Shown piece by piece: positions 17,280-25,863 of a stretch of DNA of 64,000 bases; positions within the stretch are counted from its first letter, which is position 1, and each line of letters starts with the position of its first letter. The translations under genes and the position numbers were made by a program. Location of the stretch: positions 96,001-160,000 of the forward strand of contig CAWGHO010000002.1 in NCBI GenBank assembly GCA_963822445.1. The letters run 5' to 3'. The notes below the pieces were generated by a model. The model saw nothing but the letters and a program-made list of their open reading frames with translations, did no database searches and was not told the origin of the DNA. The stretch is from an uncultured Acidobacteriota bacterium. Lineage in GTDB: Bacteria; Acidobacteriota; Thermoanaerobaculia; Gp7-AA8.

Positions 17280-20200
17280 TCAGTCGAACAGCTTTTCGGG
17301 AAGGACCACCCGCGGCAACTCCAGCGCGACGCGATACGACACCCTCGCGGGCGGCTTCTCATCGAACGTGATCCCCAGCGCCGACGGCGGAAGCGCGACG
17401 ATCTCGATCCGTTCCGGCGCAGGTCTCGGCGCCACGCGCTCATCGAGCGCCGCGAGTCCGCCGAGGTGCACCGGCGCCAATAAGCGCGTGTTGTCGAGAC
17501 CTTCAAGTGCAGCGATCAACGCGGTCCGGTCGCGCTCGGGCATCGGCGCGAAGGCGATGACAGGGAGCGGGACGGCATTGGTCGTGTGAATCACGCGCAG
17601 CTTTCCAGCGTGCTGCTGCAACAGCGGATTCGCTTCCGACACCAGCGCGGCCTCGGTCGTTCGGTAGAGCGCATTCACGACCGACGTCGCGTCGTCGGCG
17701 GTTCGCACGACCTTCGCGTCGCTTCCGCTGATGTCGCGCAAGCCTTCGGCGACGCTGATCGTGCGGCCGCGCAGATCCGCAAGCGACTGCACGTTGCTTC
17801 CCGCCGCAACGACGACCACCCGCCGATACGTCCGGCGATTCTCACGTGTGAACTGGAAACGCGGCCGGAGGTTGCTGGAACTGATGAAGTCGGAACTGGC
17901 GATCACCAGTCCGACGCGATTCGCGTTCGCGGCGATGAACGCGCGCGCATCATCTGCGCGCCTGAAGAACTCCGGACGCACGGCCACGCCTGCGGTCGTC
18001 GAAATCTGCGCGGCCAGCGCGGTGATCGTCTCGGCGAGCTTCTTCTCGTTTTCCGCCGGCGCATCGGGCATGAAGACCACCGCCGTCGGCCGCGGCTCGC
18101 TCGTCACCGGTTCCGCCTCGGGCTCCGGCGCAGGAGCACGCTCCGCCGCGAGCGCTTTGCGGATCTGATCCTCGTAACGACGCACGGCACTGTCTGCGAG
18201 TCCTGCCAGGCCCGCGGCGTCCGCCTTCGAAAACGATTCGCGCGCGTCCTCGAGTGAACCGGTCAACACGTCGAAGCTGCCGTTCAGGTAATGCGCAGCC
18301 GCACGCGCTCGCGAAGAAAGCGGAAGATCCATCGCCCGCTCGACGAGCTGCCGTCCGCGACGCACGGCCGACGAAGACACTTCGTCATTCGCGCGCGCGA
18401 GCCGCTCCACTTCCTCCGCGGCCTGCCCCAGCAACGCCACACCCAGGACCTGTTTCGCGCGATTGCAGATGTCCTCGGAACCACCGAACGACGCTTCGAG
18501 ACGTCCCGCGTTCATCACCGCTCCACCGCGTGGCTCGCACCGGCTAGCGCGATCGAGCAGCTCGGCGGCGCGATCGTATTTGCGCTCGGCCAGCGCGAGC
18601 TCGCCCGCGACAACGGCGACGTCGATCCACTCCGGATGCGCGGCTACGGCCGCGTTCACGTGCGCAAGCGCGTCCTTGTTGCGCCCGAGCTGCCACAACG
18701 CCAGACCGAGGTTGCCTCGCGTGAGCGGGTTCTGCGGAACCTGGCCGAGGATTCGCGCGGCGATGGCATGGCGTCCGGCGAGACCTTCGAGAACGCCCGC
18801 CAGCGCACCGGCCGGCTGATCGCGCTCCGCCTCGCCGGTCTTTCCTTCCGACGCGAGGAGCAGCGCGCGCACGGTTCTCAGACTGTTGAGCGTCTGCGCA
18901 TCCGCGGGCGGGTTCGTCGCAAGCAGTGCGTCGAGATGCAGGCGAGCTTCGGCGATCTCCCCCTGACGCATCAGCAGCATGACCAGGTTCGCGCGCAACG
19001 GCCAGAGCTCGCGACGAGCGGAATCGCGATTGAGAATTTCTTCGGAGAGCGCGCGCTCCTGCGCGATATCGCCATTCGCATGCGCGAGCAGGAACCGTTC
19101 GAAGACGAGCTGACGATCGGCGGGCGCAACCCGCGCCGCGATCTCGGCGATGCGCGCCGCATCGGCGGCGCGCCGATCCTGTCGATGGATGCGCAGCAAC
19201 TGCAGCAGCGAAGCGGTATCCGTCTCGCTGTAACGCACGGCTTCTTCGAACGCGAGCGCGGCCGCGGCGCGATCGCCACGCTGCAACTCGGCCCGTCCGA
19301 GAATCGGAAGCGCGATCGCGCGCACATCGGGGTCGTACCGCGGCACCCCTTCACGAAGCAGCCGCACCGCGCCCGCGGCATCGCCGCGCTTCAGGACGAT
19401 GTCGCCGAGGTGCACGTACGCGAGCGGCAACGCGGGATCGATTGCCAGTGCCCTTCGATACGCCTGCTCGGCCTCGCTTCCGCGATTGGCGTTGTAGTGA
19501 ATGAAGCCGAGGTTGTAGTGCAGCGATGCGTTCTTTGGATCGAGCCGCAGTGCCTTTTCATACGCCGCGGCGGCCATTGGCCATTGCTTCTGATTGATGT
19601 AGATCGCGCCGAGGTTCGCGTAGGCGCGGGCGTGGATCGGATCGACCTTTTCCTTCTTCGCGAACGACTGCTCGACAGGCGCCAGCGCGACTTCGTATGC
19701 CTTCAGGGCCTCGTCGAAGCGTCCCAGGTCGAACAGCACCGCGCCGAGGTTGTAGTAGGCGCGGAGGTTTTTTGCGTCCGCGTCGATGGCGTTCTGAAAC
19801 GCGGCGATCGCTTCGTCCTTGCGGCCAACGGCGTACAGGAGATTGCCGGCGCTGAAGTGATACCGCGATTCCTCAGGCTCGAGCTCGATCGCCTTCGCGA
19901 GCGCGACGAGCGCGTCGTCAGTGCGATTCAGCCCGCGAAGGATCGTGCCGCGCAGCGAGTGCAGCGCCGCGTCATCCGCCTTTTTCTCGATGGCCCGATC
20001 GACATACCCCAGCGCCTCGGCGGGCTTGCCGATCTGCTGCGCGACCGCGGCGGCGTTCGAGAGCAACGTGCGATCGGCGGGCACGTGCTCGACGCCCTTC
20101 ACGAAGACCGCGTAGGCCTCTTCGGATTTGCCACGCTCATGCAAGAGCGCGCCGAGGTTCACGTACGCGGAGGCGAGGTTCGGCGCGACTTCGAGGACGC

Positions 20201-20360
20201 GGCGGTACTTCTGAATCGCGTCATCGGCGCGGCCGGCCTCGCGTGCGCGGTCGGCTTCCTCCAGAAGACTGCGCGCGATCTCGGGCATCTCCTGCCCGCT
20301 CGATGATGCGGTCAGGAAGATGAGGATGATGAGAGCGAGAACGTGGAGGGTCGAGCGCAC
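17280..20360 (-). CDS. Exported TPR-repeat protein with C-terminal PhnD/SsuA-type binding domain
   Basis: Signal peptide, many TPR repeats (AYVNLGALL, AYYNLGAVL, LHYNLGFI), C-terminal TYRRVVVV...SLADLRGRTI. Confidence 0.8.
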   Translation of the reverse strand: MRSTLHVLALIILIFLTASSSGQEMPEIARSLLEEADRAREAGRADDAIQKYRRVLEVAPNLASAYVNLGALLHERGKSEEAYAVFVKGVEHVPADRTLLSNAAAVAQQIGKPAEALGYVDRAIEKKADDAALHSLRGTILRGLNRTDDALVALAKAIELEPEESRYHFSAGNLLYAVGRKDEAIAAFQNAIDADAKNLRAYYNLGAVLFDLGRFDEALKAYEVALAPVEQSFAKKEKVDPIHARAYANLGAIYINQKQWPMAAAAYEKALRLDPKNASLHYNLGFIHYNANRGSEAEQAYRRALAIDPALPLAYVHLGDIVLKRGDAAGAVRLLREGVPRYDPDVRAIALPILGRAELQRGDRAAAALAFEEAVRYSETDTASLLQLLRIHRQDRRAADAARIAEIAARVAPADRQLVFERFLLAHANGDIAQERALSEEILNRDSARRELWPLRANLVMLLMRQGEIAEARLHLDALLATNPPADAQTLNSLRTVRALLLASEGKTGEAERDQPAGALAGVLEGLAGRHAIAARILGQVPQNPLTRGNLGLALWQLGRNKDALAHVNAAVAAHPEWIDVAVVAGELALAERKYDRAAELLDRASRCEPRGGAVMNAGRLEASFGGSEDICNRAKQVLGVALLGQAAEEVERLARANDEVSSSAVRRGRQLVERAMDLPLSSRARAAAHYLNGSFDVLTGSLEDARESFSKADAAGLAGLADSAVRRYEDQIRKALAAERAPAPEPEAEPVTSEPRPTAVVFMPDAPAENEKKLAETITALAAQISTTAGVAVRPEFFRRADDARAFIAANANRVGLVIASSDFISSSNLRPRFQFTRENRRTYRRVVVVAAGSNVQSLADLRGRTISVAEGLRDISGSDAKVVRTADDATSVVNALYRTTEAALVSEANPLLQQHAGKLRVIHTTNAVPLPVIAFAPMPERDRTALIAALEGLDNTRLLAPVHLGGLAALDERVAPRPAPERIEIVALPPSALGITFDEKPPARVSYRVALELPRVVLPEKLFD

Positions 20361-20366
20361 CGAGGC

Positions 20367-22406
20367 TCAGAAGTCTACTTCGAGCTGCGCGAAGAATTCA
20401 CGTCCCGGACGGGTCATATCAACGCCGATCAGCGTTTCCTTCGGCTGCTCGTCGAGAAGGTTGTTTCCGAAGAAGCTCAGGCGCACGGGACGGTCCTTCG
20501 CGCCGAGGGAGAACGGAAGCTCGTAACTGACGCGCGCGTTCACGAACGTGTAGCCGTCGAGCGGCCCGTACTCGAGACCGTTGAGGCCGTAGTAGAAGTG
20601 CGGCCCGAAATACGAATCGCGCCACGACAGCTCGACAGCGCCGCGCACCCCCGCGACCGGTCCGCCGTACGCGCCGATGTTGATCTTGTTCTGCGGCGCG
20701 TACACGAATTCGGTCTGCGTCTCGTCGCCGTCCTGCGTCTGATACGCGTAGTTGGCGAAGCCGGTAATGCTGCGCGCGAAGTTGGCCCGCAACTCCACTT
20801 CCCCACCCCGAATCGTCGCCTCGGCAGGCGCATTCATGAACTGCAGGCCGGACGGTACCGGGGGCGGATTCTCCACAATGCCGATGACCATGAAGTTCTT
20901 CACGCGCGAGTTGTACAGGTCGACTTTCGCCGAGACCGTGGGTGAGATCTGATATTCGCCGCCCGCTTCGAACGTGCGGATCTCCTCCGGCTGCAGGCCG
21001 GGATTGGGGATGAAGCTGGCCAGCGGAATCGGGCCGAAGGGCGTCGTCAGCGTGAGGAATCCCGTTTCCTGAAAGAGCTCGCTGAACGTCGGGAAGCGGA
21101 ACGCGGTGCTGTAGCCGCCGCGCACCACCAGCTTGTCATTGGGCGTGTAAACGAGTGCGGCGCGCGGCGACGTCTTCGAATCGAAGATGTCGGTCTTCGC
21201 GTCATAACGAAGTCCGACCACGGCGCGCAAACGCTCGCTGCCGACGTTGAACTGATCCTGAACGTAGTAGGCCAGCTTGTCGTAGCCGGTGACGAGATCG
21301 CCGCCCTGGGAGAGCTCGTGCGAGTGATCGGCGCGATCGAGCCGGCGCGCTTCGAGTCCGACCAGCAGGTCGTGGCCCGGAATCATGTTCAGGCCCGCGC
21401 GGAAATCGCCGATGGCCTGATAGCCGTGATCGGCTTCGTGCTCGAACTCCGGTTTCTCCGGCGCGGCATGACATCCGGCGCAGTGCATGCCCTTTCGGTG
21501 AACCCACGATAAGTCGGCAGAGAAAGTGATCGGCGCCTGCTCGCGAGCGCGTTGGTACTTGAGCGTCACCATCTCCAGAGTCTGGGTGAGCTCGTGCGCG
21601 GAGGTGAAGCTCGAGCCGGGAGGCAGGCCGGGAATCGGGAACGCCTCGCTGAAGCCGCCCAGCTCGTCGTCATGACGGTAGACGGAGAGCTGGAAATCCT
21701 TGAACGTGCCTTTGGCGAAGATCTCCGTCGCCTTGTACTTCGATTCGTTTTCCAGCCAGAACTCGGCCGGAAACGCGCTGCGGGTCAGCTGCACTGACCC
21801 GAGGATCGAGCCCCAGTCGAGACGGAGGCCGTATTGCGCGGAGACCGTTGCCGTATCGCGGCTGCCGCCGAACAGCTCGACGTTGCCGCCGGCGAGATCG
21901 TCACCCGACAAAGTGACGATGTTGATCACGCCCCAGTAGGCGTTCTCGCCGTACAGCGAGGATCCGGGACCGCGAACGATCTCGATCCGCTTGATGTTCT
22001 GGATGGGAAAGAAGTCGTAGGAGGGACTGAGCGGCAGGCCGCCGGTGTCGCCGGAGTTCATCGGCGTGCCGTCGATGAGCAGGAGGATGCGATTGGAAAA
22101 CGGGTTCTGGCCGAAGCCGCGAACGTCGACGGTGGGGCCCATCGGATTCCAGCGCACGTTCACGCCGCCGACGAGCCGCAGCAGGTCGGGAACGGTCCGC
22201 GCGCCCGATTCGCTGATCTGCTTCGCGGTGATCACCGTGACCGCGCTGGGTGCCTTCGAGATGGAGATCTCGGTCTTCGTCGCCGCCTGAACCTTCAGCT
22301 GCTCTTCGCCGAAGAGGGTGACTTCACCGATCTGACCGGATGGCGCAACCTGCGCGGATGTGGAAAACGTGAACGCGGCCAACAGAATCGCGGCGGTAAT
22401 GCGCAT
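20367..22406 (-). CDS. TonB-dependent receptor carrying a CxxCH motif
   Basis: APSAVTVIT plug, IEIVRGPGSSLYG, GLRYD, C-terminal VDF; CAGCH at 21468-21482. Confidence 0.9.
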   Translation of the reverse strand: MRITAAILLAAFTFSTSAQVAPSGQIGEVTLFGEEQLKVQAATKTEISISKAPSAVTVITAKQISESGARTVPDLLRLVGGVNVRWNPMGPTVDVRGFGQNPFSNRILLLIDGTPMNSGDTGGLPLSPSYDFFPIQNIKRIEIVRGPGSSLYGENAYWGVINIVTLSGDDLAGGNVELFGGSRDTATVSAQYGLRLDWGSILGSVQLTRSAFPAEFWLENESKYKATEIFAKGTFKDFQLSVYRHDDELGGFSEAFPIPGLPPGSSFTSAHELTQTLEMVTLKYQRAREQAPITFSADLSWVHRKGMHCAGCHAAPEKPEFEHEADHGYQAIGDFRAGLNMIPGHDLLVGLEARRLDRADHSHELSQGGDLVTGYDKLAYYVQDQFNVGSERLRAVVGLRYDAKTDIFDSKTSPRAALVYTPNDKLVVRGGYSTAFRFPTFSELFQETGFLTLTTPFGPIPLASFIPNPGLQPEEIRTFEAGGEYQISPTVSAKVDLYNSRVKNFMVIGIVENPPPVPSGLQFMNAPAEATIRGGEVELRANFARSITGFANYAYQTQDGDETQTEFVYAPQNKINIGAYGGPVAGVRGAVELSWRDSYFGPHFYYGLNGLEYGPLDGYTFVNARVSYELPFSLGAKDRPVRLSFFGNNLLDEQPKETLIGVDMTRPGREFFAQLEVDF

Positions 22407-22415
22407 GCGCTGAGT

Positions 22416-23918
22416 TTACCAATCCGTCGGCTTGTAATCCTTGAGGAACTGCCCCCACATGTGCCGCCCGGTGTTGATGCCGTCGATGATGGGATCGACG
22501 ATGCGCGCGGCGCCGTCGACGATGTCGAGGGGCGGGTGGAAGCGGTGCTCGATGATCTTGCGCGCGGCGATGGCGGCCGGATCTTCATCGGTCACCCAGC
22601 CGGTATCGACGCTGTTCATGTGGATGCCGTCGGCGGCGTAGTCGGCGGCCGAGGTGCGGGTCATCATGTTCAGCGCGGCCTTGGCCATGTTCGTGTGCGG
22701 ATGACGCGTGGTTTTGCTGGTCCGGTAGAACTGCCCTTCCACCGCCGAGACGTTGACGATGTGCTTGTCGCGATTCTGCGTGCGCAACATGAGCGGCTTG
22801 AGTCGGGCGTTGATGATGAACGGCGCGACGGCGTTGACCAGCTGCACTTCCAGCAGTTCGACCGAGGACACTTCGTGGAGGAGCAGGCGCCAGGAGTTGC
22901 GGCCACGGAGATCGACCTGCTGCAGATCCTGATCGAGCCGCCCCTGCGGGAACAGCTCACTGTCCCGCACATGATCCTCGGGTAAGAGCGCGAGCTGCGA
23001 CATTTCCGCGGAAATCGCCGGCGCGCCTCCCTCGCCGAGCATGTGATAGCCGCGCAGTCCGGTGAAGCTTCCGACCAGCTTGCGCTCGTGCTCGGCCATC
23101 GTCTGCAGGGCGGTGGTCTCCCCTTCCATCATGTGCTCGTAGAACGCGGGCGGGCGGCGGACGGTCTGGCAGGCGTTGTTGATGATGAAGTCGAGACGGT
23201 CTTTCGTCGCGAGCATCTGCGCGCAGAAGGCCTCGACGCTCGGCGTGTGACGGAGGTCGAGGCCGTAAATCTCGAGCCGGTGCGACCACTCCGCAAAGTC
23301 CGGCTCAGCGGCGTAGCGCGCCGCCGAGTCTCGCGGAAAGCGCGTGGTGACGATGAGATGAGCGCCCGCGCGCAGGAGCTTGAGTCCGGCCTGATATCCG
23401 ATCTTCACCCGCCCGCCGGTCAGCAGCGCGACGCGTCCCGTGAGATCGGCGAGCTCGGTGCGCTTCATGAAGTTGAAGGCCGCGCACTCGGGACACATCT
23501 GGTCGTAGAAATGATGGACGGTCTGGTACTGCTCCTTGCAGACGTAGCAGTGGCGAGATTCGGCCGTCATCGGCGGCGCTTCCGCCACCGGTTCGCGAGC
23601 AGCCGCATTCAGAAAGTAGTTCGGCGTGTTGAAGACCGGCTTGCGCCGCAGCTCGCGAATGCCTGTCGACGTGAGCACGCTCTCGTCCTGCTGGGCGATG
23701 GCAGCCTTCCGCAGTCGCCGCGTGGCTTTCACCAGGCGCCGTCTCGAGCGAGGATCGGGATCGGAGACGACGCGCGTCGCGCGAAGCAACCGCTCGCGGT
23801 CTTCCGGCGTCAGCTCGGCCAGCAGGCCGCGATCGGCATCGATGGCCTCGAGGAATTCGGTAGCGGCGATTGCTCGCTCGCGGTTGGATGTCTCATTGTC
23901 GATTGCGCTCTTCGTCAT
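22416..23918 (-). CDS. Atypical SDR oxidoreductase with N-terminal Zn-finger
   Basis: CYVC...CPEC, ALLTGGRVKIG, INNA, NVSA, HPHTNMAK, VDTGW. Confidence 0.85.
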   Translation of the reverse strand: MTKSAIDNETSNRERAIAATEFLEAIDADRGLLAELTPEDRERLLRATRVVSDPDPRSRRRLVKATRRLRKAAIAQQDESVLTSTGIRELRRKPVFNTPNYFLNAAAREPVAEAPPMTAESRHCYVCKEQYQTVHHFYDQMCPECAAFNFMKRTELADLTGRVALLTGGRVKIGYQAGLKLLRAGAHLIVTTRFPRDSAARYAAEPDFAEWSHRLEIYGLDLRHTPSVEAFCAQMLATKDRLDFIINNACQTVRRPPAFYEHMMEGETTALQTMAEHERKLVGSFTGLRGYHMLGEGGAPAISAEMSQLALLPEDHVRDSELFPQGRLDQDLQQVDLRGRNSWRLLLHEVSSVELLEVQLVNAVAPFIINARLKPLMLRTQNRDKHIVNVSAVEGQFYRTSKTTRHPHTNMAKAALNMMTRTSAADYAADGIHMNSVDTGWVTDEDPAAIAARKIIEHRFHPPLDIVDGAARIVDPIIDGINTGRHMWGQFLKDYKPTDW

Positions 23919-24024
23919 GGTTCCACGCGGTAACACCAGGAACAGTCATGGTAGTCCTTGTCGGCAGGTGAAGGTCAGCAGGCGATCACGTCGGAGGGAC
24001 CTCGTTGAACGGATCTTTTCGGAG

Positions 24025-24053
24025 TTGACTCAGTACAAGCGGCTATGCATAAT
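24025..24053 (+). promoter_or_regulatory. Sigma70-type promoter
   Basis: TTGACT-17 nt-CATAAT upstream of a GAGGAG RBS and ATG 24120. Confidence 0.7.
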
Positions 24054-24119
24054 CCGCGAACTTTTTCCCCCACAACCCTACTTACCTCCCGCAAAAATTT
24101 TCAAGAGGAGAAGATCTGG

Positions 24120-24989
24120 ATGCAGTCTCGTGTGAGATGTGTGCTCGCAGTGGCTTCACTATTTATTGCGTTGAGTACCCTGGCGAATACCGACGTAGCC
24201 GACAGAGCCCGTGAAAAACGCACGGCCTCACTTGCCGGCAAGGGTTCGCTCGCAGTATCCGAAGCTCTCGGAGACCTCGGAATTCGCGGCATGTCATTGT
24301 CGGCAGCCGAGAACCGCCCCGTCATTACTCTTCAGGACCACGACGGATTGATCGTCGGCAACGTCACCATCGTGCGCACGTCAGGCGCGGACATCGACGT
24401 CACGTTCGAATCCGACTATGCCGACAGGTTCTCGCTTCGCTGGCACCCGTCCAGCGGCGCGTTGTACCTCGACACGGCGGGCGAAACGTTCCGGATCGAC
24501 GCCGACTTCGAGCAGAAGACGTCGCGTTACTCTGACGGTGCAAAGGCGGCTTTCGACAGCCGTGCGACGGAAATCGCATTAATTGCGGAGTCGATTGCGG
24601 AATTGAAACGACATGGCATTTTCGAGGAAGTAACGCGTGAGGTTGCTCAGACCGCGCGCAAGATCGGCAGTAACAACACTTGTTACAACTGCGAGCAGCC
24701 CGAGGATCCGGACGTCGATTGGTGGACCGGCGGCGGCTCGACGAGTGGTAGTGGCGGCGGGGGGTACTACAAGCCGGCGTGCAACGGACCTACTGTCGTT
24801 GGATTTGCGTATGCCGAGGTGACCAAATCCGTCATTTGCGAACTGGCCACGCGAGATGCGAACCTCAAATGCTGGAATCACTACTGCACGGGCTGCTGCC
24901 GTTTTCTGTCGTGCGACGCCTATTGTCAGTATGGAGACTATATGTGCGTGATGGGATCGATCTACGGCCAATCCTGTTCCTACAGATGA
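24120..24989 (+). CDS. Secreted hypothetical protein with Cys-rich C-terminal domain
   Basis: Signal peptide, Gly/Ser linker, 12 Cys in the C-terminal third; own promoter, RBS and terminator. Confidence 0.75.
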   Translation: MQSRVRCVLAVASLFIALSTLANTDVADRAREKRTASLAGKGSLAVSEALGDLGIRGMSLSAAENRPVITLQDHDGLIVGNVTIVRTSGADIDVTFESDYADRFSLRWHPSSGALYLDTAGETFRIDADFEQKTSRYSDGAKAAFDSRATEIALIAESIAELKRHGIFEEVTREVAQTARKIGSNNTCYNCEQPEDPDVDWWTGGGSTSGSGGGGYYKPACNGPTVVGFAYAEVTKSVICELATRDANLKCWNHYCTGCCRFLSCDAYCQYGDYMCVMGSIYGQSCSYR

Positions 24990-25024
24990 TGCTTCCGGGG
25001 AGAAAGCAGCAAACTCGTTAATGT

Positions 25025-25059
25025 AGCGTGGTGCAGCGCGGGGCTGCACCACGCTTTTT
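25025..25059 (+). terminator. Intrinsic terminator
   Basis: 13-bp stem AGCGTGGTGCAGC/GCTGCACCACGCT followed by a T-tract. Confidence 0.75.
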
Positions 25060-25104
25060 CGTTGAGGTCGGTGGTTCCGGCCGCTACATGATTCGGTCCG
25101 AAAC

Positions 25105-25863
25105 GTGAAGGCACCGATAGACATGACCGGGAAGACCAGCCTCGCCGCCACCGGCATCATGTTCATAGCCGCGCTTGCCAGCGCCGCCGACCCATTCGCT
25201 CCGGCGCGGGCGCGCATGATCGACGAGATCGCCGAGGACGTGCGGATGACTCGGCGGGAGATCGGGCGTACCACGCTCGATGTCCGGGTCATCAACGCCA
25301 TCCGCGCCGTCCCGCGACATCTCTTCGTTCCGGCGAACCTGCGCGACGTGGCCTACGAGAACCGGCCGCTTCCGATCGGGCACGGCCAGACCATTTCCCA
25401 GCCGTACATCGTGGCGATCATGACCGAGCTGCTGGGCGTCGACCGCAATGACGTCGTGCTCGAGGTCGGAACCGGGTCGGGCTATCAGGCGGCCGTGCTC
25501 TCGCCGCTCGTGAAACAGGTGTACACCGTCGAGATCGTGGCGCCGCTCGCGAAGCAGGCCACGGAACGGCTCGAGTCACTCGGCTATCGCAACGTCACCG
25601 TCCGTCACGCCGACGGATACAACGGCTGGAAGGAAGCCGCGCCGTTCGACGCGATCATCGTCACCGCGGCCGCGACGCACATTCCGCCGCCGCTCATTCA
25701 GCAACTGAAGCCGGGCGGGCGGATGGTCATCCCCGTCGGCGGCCCGTTTTCCACGCAGTCGTTGATGGTCGTCGACAAGACTGCCGGCGGAAAGGTGCGC
25801 ACCCGGCAGGTGTTGCCGGTGATGTTCGTACCGCTGACCAGGCCGGAGGCGAGTGCGCGATAG
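25105..25863 (+). CDS. pcm: Protein-L-isoaspartate O-methyltransferase
   Basis: PLPIGHGQTISQPY, VLEVGTGSGYQAA, APFDAIIVTAA. Start uncertain. Confidence 0.93.
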   Translation: MKAPIDMTGKTSLAATGIMFIAALASAADPFAPARARMIDEIAEDVRMTRREIGRTTLDVRVINAIRAVPRHLFVPANLRDVAYENRPLPIGHGQTISQPYIVAIMTELLGVDRNDVVLEVGTGSGYQAAVLSPLVKQVYTVEIVAPLAKQATERLESLGYRNVTVRHADGYNGWKEAAPFDAIIVTAAATHIPPPLIQQLKPGGRMVIPVGGPFSTQSLMVVDKTAGGKVRTRQVLPVMFVPLTRPEASAR

